DNA of 64,000 nucleotides from Cyanophora paradoxa CCMP329 (GCA_004431415.1 QPMI01000602.1:62001-126000); one strand, 5' to 3'. Numbered from the stretch's first letter, positions 30,883-44,828 are shown. Numbers and translations are program-made. The notes: generated by a model from the letters alone, not told the origin.

Positions 30883-33800
30883 TCACCAGGAGGCGTGGGA
30901 GGCGAGCTCGGTGATGCGGGCGGAGGCGGGCGGGGCGCGCCGCCGGTGGTGGTTGTAGTGCACGAACTCCAGCAGGCCCACCTGCCGCGCCCCTCCTCAG
31001 GCGGCGCGCGCGCGAGGGCGAGGGGCCAAGGCGCCTGCTCGCGCGGGTGGAAGAGGAAGGCAGCGAGGGTGTGGATCCCCGCGTCGCCCCACCGCCTGCG
31101 CCCCGTCGGCCCCCACAGAGGCGGCGCGCGCGGCAGGCGGGCGGGCCACTGGAGGATGCCGCGCGTGGCGTCGACGTGGCGGAAGTAGGCGGCGTCGAGG
31201 GGCGTGTCGAAGAAGTCCGCCCGCGCGATCTCCAGGTTGCTGCGCGGCCTCGCGGGGCGGCCCGGGGGCGGGGCGGGGCGGGGCGGCGCACTTGTAGACG
31301 ATGAGGCGGTTCCATTCGCCGTCCGGCGTGAGCATGGTCGCGGGGAGGCGGAGCGGCGCCCCCGCCTCCGCCGCCGCCGCCGCCAACGCGCCGTCCTCCT
31401 CCACCGACGCCAGGAACTGCCCGGAGGCCGCTGCGCCCTCAGCGGCGGGGCGGGGCGGGCGGGGCGGGGCGCACGGCCCGCGTGGCCTTCCAGAAGCCGA
31501 CGACGCAGTCCGCCGTGTCCCAGTCCTGCCGGCCCCTCAGCCCCCGGGCGCCCCGCGGGGCTCCCGCCGGGCCCGCACCCAGTTGGCGAAGGCGTACCGC
31601 AGGCCGGCCTCCCGCGCCGCGACGAAGGGGTCCCTGCCGGCCCGCCCCGTCACGGGCGCAGCGGGGCGCGGGAGAAGGCCGGCGCGCTCGCGCCTGGCGA
31701 CCGGGGCGTGCAGGCGGGCGTCCGTGTCCAGCCGCCAGTACCACTCGTACCCGAGCGCCGCCACGACCTGCGCGGGGCAGGGCCGGCTCAGGCCGGGCGG
31801 CCGGCCGGGCGGCGGGCGGCGGGGCGGGGCGGGCCTTGTGGGCGGCGAAGGCGTGGAAGCGGCACATGTGGCGGTAGCCCATGCCCCAGCGGGCCCCGCA
31901 CGAGGCCTCCATGCGCACGCCCTCCTGCCCCGGCGGCATCTCGAAGCGCAGCTGGGGCCTCGTCAGCGGGGGCGCCGCCAGGGGGGGCCTCGGGGAGGGG
32001 GAGCGGGCACGTGGTAGAAGGAGACGTGGGCGGGGGTGGCGGCGCGGATGCGGGCCTTGTGCTCGGGGGTGAGCCCCTGCTCGAAGACGAGCAGGGGATA
32101 GCGGAAGCGCGCGTTGAAGAAGGCGTCGAGCCGCGGCAGCGCCTGCCCCAGGAACTCCTGAGGCGCCCGTCAGGGGCCGGAGGCCGGGGGGCGGGGCGGG
32201 GCGGGGCGGGGGGCGCCTCGAGGCGCTCGGGGTGGAGCATGAAGGTGATGACGGCTCGGGGCCGGGCGGCGCCCGGGGCGGCCCGCAGCGAGGGCTCGTC
32301 GCCGCAGCCGTCGCAGTGCGCGGGCGGCGGGCGGCGAGGTAGGCGGGCGAGGCGAGCGCCGAGGGCTCCAGCGGGGCGGCCCCGCGGGGCGCACGAAGCC
32401 GCCCGTCACGGCGGCGGCGAGGAAGGCGCAGCCGGCGAGGAAGACGGCGCCCCAGAAGAGCGAGTGGCACGCCCGCAGCCGCCGCTCGCCCCGCGGGCTC
32501 AGCAGCCAGGGCCCCACGACTCGCTGCGGGGCGGCGGGTGAGGTGCGCGGGGCGGGGCGGCGAGGGCGGCGCGCACGCGAGGGCGGGGACGTGGGGGCCC
32601 ACGCCGAGGGCGTAGCGGAGGCGGCGCAGGGCGGCCAGCGGGGCCCGCCCCACCGGCTCCGAGTAGGGGATCCGCAGTGGCGCCGGCCTCTTCGAGGGCC
32701 GCGGCGGGGGCCGGGGCGCCGGCGGGAGGGCCCGCGCGGGGAGCAGCTCGCCGTCGACCGCCAGCTCGTCGGACTTGTTGCGCACGTGGCCGGGCGACCT
32801 GCGCCGTGGGGTGGGCGCCGCTCGGGTTCCGCACGCCGCCACGCCCCGCACCTCAACTTGCCAGGCGCGCCCTGCCCGTTCCCGCTCCAGGCCCCCGAGG
32901 GGAGGCCCAGCGGGACGAGGGGTACCGGCACTGCGGCGCCGGCGTCGGGGCGTCGGGGGCGCGGTCTGGAGGGCGGGCGGGGCGGGCGGGACCGGAGGGG
33001 TGGCCCAGGCGAGGGCCAGGGAGGCGGCGGCGGCGCGCACGAGGTCCTGCGCGCCCCTCGTGAGGGCGGCAGGGGGCGGGCGCGCGCCGGCCGCACCGAG
33101 ATCTCGACGGCGGCCTCCTCGCCCGCGCCCACGACCTCCTTCAGCGCCCCCCGCACCCCCACCTGCGCCCCGCCGCCTCGGCCCCGCCCTCGTCGCCGCA
33201 CGCGCGCCCCCGTGCAAACCCGCCAGGCGGAGAGGGCGGCGGGAGGAGGGGGCCGCGGCGGGCGGCGAGGGCGATGCTGGCGAGGGCGGCGGCGCTGCTG
33301 AGGGCGGCGGCGGCGGCGGCGGCGAGGGCGAGGGCGGCGCGGGAGCCGCCGGGGTCCGTGTGCGCCTCCTCCCACAGCGGCGTGTACCACATGCACCGGT
33401 ACCTGCCCCGCCCCGGCGTCAGGGGCCCCGCCCCGCCTGCCCCGCACCGCCCCGCCCGCACCGCTGCGCGAGAGGCGCAGCAGCAGCACGCCGCCCGCCG
33501 CGACGGCCGTCTGGTGCACGTGCACCGTCCTGCGCCGGCGCGGCGCGGTGAGGGACGGGGCGGGGCGGGGCGGGCGGGGCGGGCCAGGGGCTGCAGCGGG
33601 CGAGGGCCTTGCGGGAGAAGACAGCGTGGAGGGCCGCGAAGAGGCTCGCGCAGACGTCCCCCGCCACCTGGCCCCGCCCCGCCCCGCCCGTCGGCCCCGG
33701 CGCGGGGCGGCGCGGGGCGGCGCGGGGCGGGGCGGGGGACCTCGTCGGCGCGCCATACGAGCACCGCGGGGCGCCACGTGCACGCAAGCGCCGCCGCGAA

Positions 33801-34329
33801 GAGCGCCGCCCCGCCGCCGCCCCGCCCCGAGGGGACCTCCCCGTTGATCGCCGCCCCGAGGCCGACGACCGCGAGCGGCACGAAGCCGCGGACGCTCTGC
33901 GAAGGCGTCAGCGGACGCGCCGCGCGCCTGCGGACAGGGTCGCACGGTCCAGGTGGCTGACTCTGCCCACGCGAGCGCGCTGCTGCGGAGGAGGACGGTG
34001 CCCATGTACCACCAGCCGCCCGGAGCGGTGCTGCAGAACGCTTCCCACTCCAGCGAGAGCTCCGGCGCCTCGCGGAGGCGCAGCCAGCGCCGGCACGCTT
34101 CCGCACACGCCGCGAAGCATAGGACGGCCAACGCCTCCACGAGGAAGAAGATCAGCGGGTCGAAGAACTCGGCCGAGAACGAGGAAGATACGAAGAGCCG
34201 GTTGACCGTGGTGTGCGCGTAAGCGCCCAGCACCAGCAGCACTGCCAGGAGCGCCTCCTCGCGCGGCAGTCGCCACCTACGCCTAGGAAGCGCGGCCTTC
34301 CCGCGCAGCGGTGGAGCCCCCGCCGACAT
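30883..34329 (-). CDS. GT15 (KRE2/KTR-type alpha-1,2-mannosyltransferase) with N-terminal multi-TM transporter-like region
   Basis: GYRHMCRF, YEWYWRLD, NLEIARADFF and RWGDAGIHTL motifs; N-terminal exons encode many hydrophobic helices. Confidence 0.75.
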
Positions 34330-35073
34330 CTCCGTAGACGGGGATACGTCAAGACGTTTCAAAAACGACTGTCGCCGACGCCATCGCGCGCGCCGCGCCG
34401 CCGCGCGCGCCCGTGATAACGCTCACACTCGGCCGCGGGACGGTCGGGCGCTCGGCCGCGGACGGTCGCCGGGTGATGGGCAGGTTAGAGCTCGAGGAGG
34501 CACATCCGGCAGCTCCCAGTTTTCTCAGGGGGAAGACTAGGGACTATCCTTGGTACCCCTCGCCACCTTAAGCTTGACAAGTTAAGGTGACGTCGACCTT
34601 GCAATTGAGCGCCTCGCCACCTTGGCAAGGTTCCCTTAAGGTCCTGCCATAGAAATTTCACTTTATTCACCCCTTTGACTTTATTCATGGGCGCGATATG
34701 TTCATTTCATTTTTTGACTTTATTCGCCGAATACAGATTTCGAGGATCCACAGGTCTCCCACGTGCACGGCATAGGCCTAGGGGCCGTGGGGGCCGTGGC
34801 CTTGTCTTCTCCCGCTCGCGCTCCTCCTCCCGCCTGCGCCTCTCCCGCATTATCTCCTCCTCCCGCTTGCGTGTCTTCGCCTCCCGCTCCTCATGTTCGC
34901 GCTTGTTCGCCTCCGGATCCAGCCTTGGGTCCAGCCTTGGGGGCCGCTCGCGCTTGTTCGCCTCCAGCCTCGAGTGGAGAGATCTTGAGGAGAAGGCATC
35001 GCCTCGAGAGGATTCCGGGGGGGTGCGGTGGCGGGGGGGTAGAGAGCGAATTGCGGACCACTAACACAGCGAA

Positions 35074-38000
35074 ATGTCGGCGAAGACAAAGACCCCTGCG
35101 GCCTCGCAGGCGGAGATAGACAAAGCAGCACGCATTGGGGAGCTGGCGGCGGCTCCTCCCAAGAAACCAATCGACCCACAGACGAAGACGAGGATCGCAC
35201 AGATCAAGGCCATCGTGCCTGCATGGAACAAAGACGAGGAGATCGCCGAAGTGCTTGAGCAAAACGGCAATGACGTGGATGCGGCGATCGACAAGTACTA
35301 CGAGTCCAGTGCGCTAGTTTCTTGCGCCTTTCGTCCCTCCGCTCCCGCGTCCATCCGACGCCGCCCGGGCGTCGCCGTCCTGAACGATGTGTGTTTCTGC
35401 AGACGGCTACCCGCTTGGCAAGTGGGAGGAGACGGGCAAGAATAAGAAGAAGGTGCACATTAGCGCGGGACCGACCATTCATCGTCGACGCCCCGAACCG
35501 CGATCTTACGTTCATTTGCAGGATCCGAAGGCGAAAGAAGACATCAGCCCCGTTCCCGGGAAGGCCGCTGGTTCGGCGTCTCAGCGTGGCGGGCGTGGCG
35601 CTGGCGGTCGGGGTCGTGGAAGTGCGTGCCATTTGCGCCGCCCGCGTCCATAAATGCATAGAGGGATTCGTGAAAGTGATTTTGGAGGTCTAATCACACG
35701 TCGAGCCCCGCGTGCGGGACATCGATTGTCTGGAGATCGCCATTTGGGCCTTGCTTTGCCACGAGCTGCGTTCGCCTTCGCGGTTGGATGCTAACAAGTA
35801 TTTCCACAGCTGGTCGTGAGAATGGCTCTCCCGCGCCGCCGAGTGTTGGTCGGGGCACGACTCCCCGTCGGCCCGGGTCTGTCCCTCGTCTAGCGAACTT
35901 GCTGCGCAGCTGGCCGCTGACCGGAATCTTTTGATTATCTTCGCAGTGAGCCCGGCGCACCGGAGCCTGTCGCCCCGTCCGGCTCGCCTCCGCCCGTCGG
36001 CGTCAAGCCTCCCGGCCCGCCCCGGCCGATGCCTGGCGCCCCCGTCGCTCCCGTCGCTCCGGTCGGCATTCCTGGTGCACCGGCTGCCCCGGTGGCGGTA
36101 ATGGCGGCCCACGGCGACGCTCCGGTTCCGCCTTCGCTGGCGTCCACCACCGCCTATCCGTCCCTGCCGTCCCAGCCCGGCAAGCCCGCTCCCGTCCCCG
36201 CCCCCCAAGCTCCCGCTCCTGCTCCCGCTCCTCCCGCCGCCGCTGTGCCCATGGCTGCAGCCCTCGGCCGTGGTCGCGGCGCACCCGTCGGTGCGCTTTC
36301 CACATTCCTCAACTTCGCGTATTTTGCCTGCACAGCACGTGACTTCTCGTTCAAATCGCAGCCCCGCCAACCACCGCTGCTGCCGTGGTTGGCGGTCGGG
36401 GCCGCGGTATGCCGCCCGGCCCTGGTGCTCCCGCTCCCGTCCCCACTCCCGCCGGTCCTGCGCCGGTCGCCCCTGCCGGTCGGGGCGGCCCTGGCGTTCA
36501 GTCGTTCGCTGCTGCTGTCAAGCCCCCCGCCCCCGCCCCTGCTCCCGCGCCCGCCCCCGTCCAAGCCGCCCCCGCCAAGCCCGCCGCACCTGCCACTCAG
36601 CAGGGCGCCATCGGCGACCGTGCCATCGCACGGCCGCAGCCCGCCGCCGACCGTGAGGCCGCGCCCGCCCCCGGTGGGTTCGCGGCGGCGGTCGCGCAGC
36701 CCGCCCGGCCGGCTGCCGGCCCCGTCGGCCAGCCTGCTGCCTTCGCGGCGGCCCAGGATGCCGCTGCGACCCCGCAGCAGCCTGCGGCGTACGCGTCCGC
36801 TGTCGGCGCCGGTCGCGGCGTCGGCGCCTACAACCCGCCCGGCCTCCCCGCGAACCGTTCGTCCTTCCTTTTCTCTTTTGCCCTTTCGCACGTGTGACGC
36901 TTCCGCAGAGGCGCGCCCGGCGCAGCCCTCGCAGTGGGGCAAGCAGGAGGCCGCGGCGCCCGTGAAGGCCGAGGCGGCCGCCGCGCCGGCGGCGGCCGTG
37001 CAGCCGCCCAAGCCGACGACGCCGCTCTCTTCGTACGGCGGGCAGGCGACGCAGGGCCTCGGCGGCAAGGCCTTCGAGGCGTCCAGCCCCATGGCCGCCT
37101 ACTCGGCCACCATCGGTGCCTTCAACAAGCCCGCCGCCACCTCCCAGTCCCCGGTCGTCTTCCCCTCGGTCCGCCACTCCTCTCTTCCTTTGCTCCCGGC
37201 GCGAAGTGATTCGCCGCCGGCGCAGGACATCGAGACGCAGCTGGCCAACCAGATGGCGAACTTCCAGTTCGGCACCTTCGGCCTGAGTCTCGACCTCGAG
37301 GAGCGCTCGGAACCCGCGCAGCCCGAGCAGCCCTCGGCCCCGGCCGCGCCGGCCGCGCCCGAGCAGCCCGCCCAGTCCGCCGCCGCCGCCATCGGGTCCG
37401 CCCCGCCTTCCGCGCGCGTTCGCTTCGCCGAGCCTTCCTGTCTCACCTACGCGTGCAGCCGTCGGCTTGGCGCCTCCCAGCTCAACGAGCCCGCCGCGAC
37501 GGAGTCGCACGCGGAGCAGTCGACGGCCGCGGCAACTGAGGCCGCGGACCACAGCGCGGCGACCGCGGCCGCGGCTGCGGCGCAGGCCGCTCAGGCCGCT
37601 GCGTTTGCGCAGTACGGCTACATGTCCCAGGTGAGGATGGCGGCGGATTTGATTCCGCTCGCCTTCCTCACTCGGCGCGCAGGGCGGCTTCTACGACCCG
37701 ACGGGCGCGTTCCGCTCGTCCTCCCCGACCGAGGCGCCCAAGTACGGCGGCTACGGCGCATCGATGCAGCAGGCGGCGGCGGCGGCGGCGGCTGCAGCGG
37801 CGGCGAAGCCCGCGGCTGCGTCGGCACCCTTCGGCACTCCCTCGGCGGCGGCGGCGGCCGCGCCCAAGTACGAGCAGCCGGCCGTGAAGCCGCCGGCGGC
37901 GGCCCCGGCGGCGCAGGCGGCGCAGGCGCAGCACGCGACGCAGCACCACGCGCTGCAGAGCCAGGCTGCTGCGCAGAGCAGCCAGGCGGCGCAGGCGGCG

Positions 38001-38896
38001 AGCCAGGCGAGCACGGCGGCGCAGGCGGCGGCGGCGGCGCAGGCGGCGGCGTCCCTGCACCAGTACACCCAGCAGCAGCAGCAGTACACGCAGGCGTACC
38101 AGGCGGCGGCGGCGGCGGCGAGCTCGCTCGGCCAGCCCGGCGGCCAGTACCCGATGTACGGCTACCCGCCCTCGTACATGAGCTACCCGACGTCGGCGTA
38201 CCCGGCGACGGGCGCGCAGTACGCCTCGCCCTATGGGCGCTTCCCCTCGTCGGGGGCCGGCATGTACGGCAAGCCGGCCGCCGCCTCGACCCCCGGCTAC
38301 GCCGCCTTTTCCACCCCGCTCGGCACCACCTCGTATCCGCAGGCAGCCGCCGCCGCCGGCGCCGCCTCGTACGGCGCGGAGGACTACAGCGCCGCGGCGC
38401 ACGACTACAGCAAGAGCCACCTCGCCGGCTACGGCGTGCCCCAGCAGGTCCGCCTTCCTTTTCCCTCCTTTCCCTGGGGCGCGCCTCACCCCGCGCGCAG
38501 TCGTCGTTCTTCGGCATGCAGGCGGGCGACGCGGCCGGCTCGGCGCAGAAGGCCGGCGCGCAGGGCGCGGCGGCGGCGCTGGGCAAGGCCGGCGCGGCCC
38601 CGGCGGCGGCCTCCCCGGCCGCATCGCTGGCCGACTCGTACAAGAGCCAGGGCTCGGCGGCGGGCGCGACCCCGGCGTCGTACTACCCCTCGTACCAGCA
38701 GCCGGCCGCCGGCTACGGCCCCTTCGCGTCCATGACGGGCATGCCCCAGGCGGGAGCGACCGCGGGGCACCCGGGCCTGGCGGCGAGCGGCTACCCCCAG
38801 CAGCCTCAGCAGGGGCAGCAGGGGCAGCAGGGCCAGGGCTACCCAGCCCAGGCGTACGCCCGCGGCTACGGCTACGGCTTCGGCTCGCAGCAGTAG
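35074..38896 (+). CDS. UBAP2L/Lingerer/GIP1-like protein (N-terminal UBA/CUE-like domain, RGG, FGxF motif, Q/Y/A-rich tail)
   Basis: IAQIKAIVP..DEEIAEVLEQNGNDVDAAI...WEETGKNKKK; RGGRG; FQFGTFG; prion-like C-terminus. Confidence 0.7.
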
Positions 38897-39455
38897 AGCC
38901 GGCCAGCGCCGCCCTCTCCCGCCCTCTTCTTTTTCACTCTCCCCTAGCTTGTAAAAACAGACCCTGACCCTCCTTGGTTTCCTCCATTCTGCAGTTCCGC
39001 GGGCCCATGGCCGCGAGCCCCCCAGACGGGGGTCCCTCTTCGCCGATTTTGTTCGTTGCATCATGCGCGAATGCATGTTCGTGGTTCGCCATCCGGAGCC
39101 CTCTTGAGCTCCGTGCGAGTGGGCGTGGCCTGCGCGTGCGCGCGGGGAGCCGCAGCCAGCACAGCGATCGAGGCGGCGACCGAGGGAGAGGCGCTCAAGT
39201 CCTCCAAAGCAGGCACTTAAACTCGAAAAACAGACGAGAGGGAATCAGAGGATGCTGGCGTAGTCGGGGTCGCCCGACGTCTCGGGGCGCGCCCGGCCCC
39301 GCGAGCCGAAGACGCCGGCGAGGCCCGAGAGGAACCCGCCCCCGCTCGTCGCGTGCGGGCTGCCAGAGCCCGCCACCACGTCGCGGCTCGAGAAGAGGCG
39401 GCCCGTCCAGTCCTGCCCGGCGCGACCTCAGCGATGCGCCTCCAGACAAGCAGCG

Positions 39456-42090
39456 TTAAACGTTGAGGAGTGGGGGCGGGCCTGGGCGGGGGTGTAGTCG
39501 GTGGAAGAGATGTTGGAGAGGGCGAGCCCCTGCTGCTCGCTGCTGCCGCGGCGGGTGAGGGGAGGGGAGGGCGGGGGCGGGGCCGCCGCGCGCACCTTGA
39601 GCCCCCGGGGCCGCTGAAGCCGCGCGCCTGCTGGAGCTGCGCCAGGGGCACGTGCTCCCTGCCCCCGCCCCCGCCTCGCACGGCGCGGGGCGCGGGGCCG
39701 GCGGGCGGGGCGGAGGCGGGCACCGGCGGAGGCCCATCTGGGCGTAGAGCTTGACGAACTCCTGGGAGACGGCGCTCTGGAGGGCGCGGACGGTGGAGTC
39801 GACCTCGGCGACGCGCTGCTGCGTGGAGGCGAGGCCCGAGGTCACGTCCTGCAGCTCGTGCTCCTGGCGCCCGAGGCGGCGCCCGACGTCCTCCGCCTGG
39901 TGCGCCACCCGCTCGACGGTCCGCTCCATCTGCCGCTCCCGCCGCGCGCGGAAGGCCAGCACGGCGCCCACCGAGAGCGCCGTCAGCACGAGCAGCGCGC
40001 CCGCCCCGATCATCAGCCAGAACGCCAGCGACGCGTCTGCCCGCCCCGCCCTTGAGGCGCCCCGCAGGGGCCCCGAGGCGGGGCGGGGCGGGGCGGACCG
40101 CCGTAGAAGGAGCTGCCGGAGCCGCCGCCGTAGGTGCGGGCGAGGGCGGCGCCGGCGGCCGTCTCGGTGGAGAGGAGCCCGAGGGCCTCCGCCTCGGGGC
40201 TCGCCTCGAAGACGAGCGGCAGCGCCGAGGCGGCGACCGAGACGGCGAGACGGCGCATCTCCGCCAGGATCGCCTCCTTGCTCCCCTTGGGGACCCCGAT
40301 CTGCACGGAGAAGAAGTCGGCGATGTTGCGCAGCCGCCTCCCGTCCTCCGCCTCCTCGTAGTGCCCGAAGACCGCCCCGTGCAGCCTGCCGCCCGCTCTC
40401 GGAGAGGCCCCCGCTCCAATCCGGGTGGCGGGGCGCACGTGACGGGGCGGACGGGGCTCCGGCCGATGCGGCAAGAGCCATGATCCGTCGTCGTCACGAT
40501 GTGCTGCGCGTGGTCCGAGGGGATGACCTGCCCGCCGGGAGCGCGCGCTGAGCGGAGCGGTGCGAGCGGGGGGCCCCGCGCGGGGGCCGCACCCGGTAGA
40601 CGACGCGGCGCTGGACCATCTCGATCGACGTGTGCTCCTGCGGCGCGCTCGCGGCGTGAGGCGCGCGCCGGCGGGGCGAGGGCGGGGCGGGTGGGCCGAG
40701 GTGAACCCAGATGTAGCTGCCGCGCGGGTCAATCAAGGGCGAGGAACAAGAGAAAGGATGCAGCGCAGGGCGAGGGGGAGAGCGCACTTGTAGAAGGCCT
40801 CGACGAACCAGAGCGTGGTGTTGGAGTTGACGCCGAAGCGCGCCGGCTGCTCCAGCAGCATCGTCGAGAGCGAGTCGCCCAGGTGCTCGGGCTGCGCGCC
40901 GCTGCCGTCACGGGGCGGGCGGGGCGCGGGAGGGGCCCCGGGGGGCGGGGGGCGCTCGCCAGGATGAGGAAGCCGAGGAGGCGGGCGAGGAGCTGGCGGG
41001 GCGGGTTGTTGACGTCCAGCGTGAAGTCGGCGGGGAGCTGCAGCGCCTGCGCGCGGCCGTCAACGCGGAGGAGGAGAGGCGCCCGCGGGCGACGCGGTCG
41101 CCGCACGTCGCGGATGGCGTCGATGGAGAGCCTGCCGGGGGTGAGGGTCTCTCGACGAGGCGGGCACGCGGCGCGGCGCACTCGTCCCCGTGGAGGACCA
41201 TGTCCAGCTGCTCCGGAGGGGTAAGCGAGATGAACGCGCTGCGACGCGGGTCAGCGGGCGCGGCGAGACGGAGGGCGGCCGATGCAAACTTGAGCAACAC
41301 GGCCACGCGCTGGAGGCTGCGCGGGGGCGGCGCGATCAGAGGCGTGCGCGGCAGGCGTGCCGGGGCAGGTTAAACACCTGTTTACGACGCCCCCTAGACT
41401 CCTGTACGCCTCAAGACCTGAAGGCCAGCACGTGAGGCGCGCCAGGCGGATCAAATTCGACGCGAGGGGGTGCCGAGAAAGGCTGCACACCCAGGAGGAA
41501 GTCCAGCGCGCTCTCAGCGAAACGGACGGGAAGCAGCGGCGGCGGCGGTGTGTTGGGAAGCGGCCTGTGATAGTACGCCAGAGCCTGCGGCGGACGTCAG
41601 CGCCACTTCAAACTAACGACTCGGGCCGCGGGTGACTTCGCGAGATACCGAATCGAACCTACCAAACTGACTGCAAGCTAAAGAGCGCTACGCTACCCAG
41701 CTAGTCGTGGGCTTTGCAGCTAACGGATCGAGCGCTCATGGTGCGGTTAACCTTGATACAAGAAGGATGCGTGGCGCCTGGGGCCTCGCAGAAGAAGAAG
41801 CCGCCGTCAGATTTGCTCGCTGCGCGAATGACGAGGTTGGCCACGCGCTCGGGCGGCGCCTTATGGCATCCGGCGCGGGGATGCCGGCCGCAGGGCAGGG
41901 ACGCATGCAGACCGTCTATGCAGTGCCCGCCGATACCAGCATCTGCATCGCCGTCGCACGCGTTCGCGCGCGTGTGTCAGCGCCGGGTGGATCTGTTTGA
42001 ACGGCGCGGGTTCGGACCGGTTTCGGCGTCGGCGGGCAGCGCGATGGTGAAGAGCAACAGCGCCGCCAGTACCGCCCATGACGGCCTCAT
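39456..42090 (-). CDS. Uncharacterised type I membrane protein (signal peptide, one TM, cytoplasmic coiled coil)
   Basis: MRPSWAVLAALLLFTIALPADA signal peptide; FWLMIGAGALLVLTALSVGAVLAF TM followed by heptads. Ends approximate. Confidence 0.5.
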
Positions 42091-42291
42091 CGCGGCAGCT
42101 TGCCGGTAGAAGCGCTGAAAAGCAAAGCTCGGGCAGGGGTACGCGCATACACGCACAACCAGCGAGCGATAAGGCTTTCGATGCGGCGCGAAGAGCTCCG
42201 CTAGAGTGCGAACGAGCCTCCGAGCGATGATGAGCCCGTGAAACATCGCATCGCAAGTTCTCCCCTGCTTTGCGCCGCTTAGCGCCTCTCA

Positions 42292-44828
42292 ATGACAGCA
42301 GCTGCAGCAGCTCCGGGCGGCGGGTGCGTTGGATGCTGCGCCCGCGCCCCGATGTGCATATGTCAGTTCATGCACACTCGCTTGTGGCCGAGTTCCTCGG
42401 AGCCACCTTCAGCTTGACCGACCGCGCGGCGCAGGGGCATCCCGCTGCAAGCACACAAGACGCCGCACCACGACAATGCCGAGCATCTAGACGATGTTGG
42501 TGCGCTTAATCCGAGCGAGGCCTAGGCTCACTCTGACTGTTCATAAAGTTATCGACGCGCTGGATTCGAGCCCCGAAGAGCACCCATCGGATGAGAAGGA
42601 GGAGGGCACCAGCAACATTGCAGGGTGCTAAATCTGCACTCGCAACCTCGCAGCGTGCTCAATTTCAGATGTGCCAACAGGGCGACCTTCAATTTCCTAA
42701 ACAGCATTGTCGGCGCGGGCATCATCGGCCTGCCCTACGCGCTGAATGCGGCCGGCCTGTGGGTGCGCGCGGCGACGCGCCCTGCCGGACCTCGCGCCAC
42801 AGCCGAGCCGCGGCGGCAGCTAGGCATCCTGCTCCTGCTGGTCGTGGCCGGCCTCGCGGACTACTCCAGCCGCCTCCTCGTCCGCGCCGGGAGCGCCGAG
42901 GGGCTCCTCTCGTACCAGGCGCCCGCCCCGCCCCTCCCTCCCCTCGCCCTCCGTGCGCCCCCGCTGACGCGGGGCGGGGGGCAGGGGCTGATGGAGGGGG
43001 CGCTGGGGGTGTGGGGCCGCGGGGCGGCGACGGCCTGCATGTTCCTCTTCAGCGTGGGCGCCATGTTCGCCTACCTCCTCGTCATCGGCGACACCGTGCC
43101 CGTCGTCCTCGCCCACTGGCTCGGGCCCCGCCACCCCCTCGCCAACCGGCGCGCGGCCCCCGCGGCCCCCCTCGCCTCGCCCCCGCTCCCGCCCCCGTGA
43201 CCCGCTGCAGCGAGTTGACGCTGGCCCTGGTCGCCTGCTTGGTCGTCCTCCCCCTCTGCCTCCGCCGCCGCATCTCCAAGGTTCCTCCTTTTCGCTCCCA
43301 GGGTGGCGCCGGGGTGCGCCCCTGAGGCGAAGGTCTCGCCGGCAGCTCGCGTGGAGCTCGGCCGTCTCGATGGCCTGCGCGCTCCTGATCGTCGTCATCG
43401 TGTGCGCGCGGGCGCCGCCGGCCGCCCGCGCCGCCGGCATCACCGTGGAGGGCACGCAAGACGCCCTCTCCTTCGCTCACCCGTCTCTCTTCCAGGCCTT
43501 CGGCGGTGCGCGCCACGCCCCCGCCCGGGGCCCCCGCCCCGCTCCGGCTTCCTGAAGCCGCCGGCCGCCTCAGTGATGGCCTTCGCCTTCGTCTCCCACC
43601 ATGTCGTCTTCATCATATTCAACTCGTGTGTTCCCCCCTCGCGGCGCCGCGCCCCGGCTGGCTTGCTGAGCGGGGCGGGAGGCTGCGGCGGGGGGCGCGG
43701 ACGGAGGCGGGCTGGCGGCTGGTGACGCACGCCTCCGTCCTCTCGGCCTTCCTCCTCTGCGCCTCCCTCGCCGTCGTCGGGCGCGCCCCCGCCGCGCCCC
43801 TCCCCTCCCGGCCGCCCCTCACCGCCCCCTGCCTCCCGCAGGTACCTCAGCTTCCTCGACACGACCCACGCCGACATCCTCCGCAACTTCCCCTCCGTGC
43901 GCCCCGCCGCAGCCCCCGCCGCGCCTCGGCCGGGCGACGGGGGGCCGGGGGGGCGCAGGACGACGCGGCGATCAACGCCGTGCGCCTCGTCCTCGCCCTC
44001 CACGTCGCCTTCGTCTACCCCGTGGAGGCCCGCCCCCCCCCCCCCCCCCCCCCCCCGGCCCTCGTGCCGCGCCCCCGCTTTCCTCCCCCTCACGCGCAGC
44101 AGTTCTTCGTCTGCCGCGAGAGCGTCCGCTCCGCCTGGGCCCTCTTCAAGGTGCGGTGCCCCCCCTCGCCGCTGCCCCGCACTCCACCTGCCCGTGCGCC
44201 TCGCGCCGGCGACCGCCCCCGCAGCAGAGGAGAGCGGGACCCGGGGCGGGGCCCGAGCAGGAGCGGGCGGCGGAGGAGATGCCGTACGCGCAGCACGCGG
44301 CGCTGACGGTCGGCCTCTTCGCCGTGCGCGGCCCCGGACCCGCGGCCGCCCGGCAGAGGGCGCGGCTGCAGCGGCGGGGGCGCAGGCGAGCCTGGCCTTC
44401 GCCCTCGCCGTCTCCGACCTCGGCATCGTCCTCGAGCTCACCGGCGGCCTCTCCGCCGTCGGCCTCGGTGGGCCCCGCCCCGCCCCCCGCCCCTCTTCCT
44501 CACCCCGCCGGCCCCTCGCAGGGTTCATCCTCCCCGCGGCGGCCGCCCTCCGGCTGGACCGCAGGTGCCCCTGAGCTGAGCGCGCCCCTCCAGCAGTGCG
44601 CCCCGTCTCACTCGAGCTCCTCGCAGCGCGCGGGCGCGCAGCCGCCCCTCGCGGGAGGTGCCCCTCGCGAAGATCCCCGCCTCGGAGGGGGAGGAGGAGG
44701 GGGCGGCGGCGGCCGGCGCGGGGTTCGTGGCGACGGGGGCCGACCGGGCCCTCTGCGCGGCCCTCGTCCTCGTGGGCGCCTTCGGGGGCATCTCCTCCGT
44801 CTCCTCCGCTATCCGCGCCCGCCTCTAG
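42292..44828 (+). CDS. Amino acid transporter, SLC38/AAAP family (SLC38A11/Avt2-like)
   Basis: ATFNFLNSIVGAGIIGLPYA, YLLVIGDT, VMAFAFVSHH, DILRNFP, DLGIVLELTGG, GFILPA. Start approximate. Confidence 0.88.
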
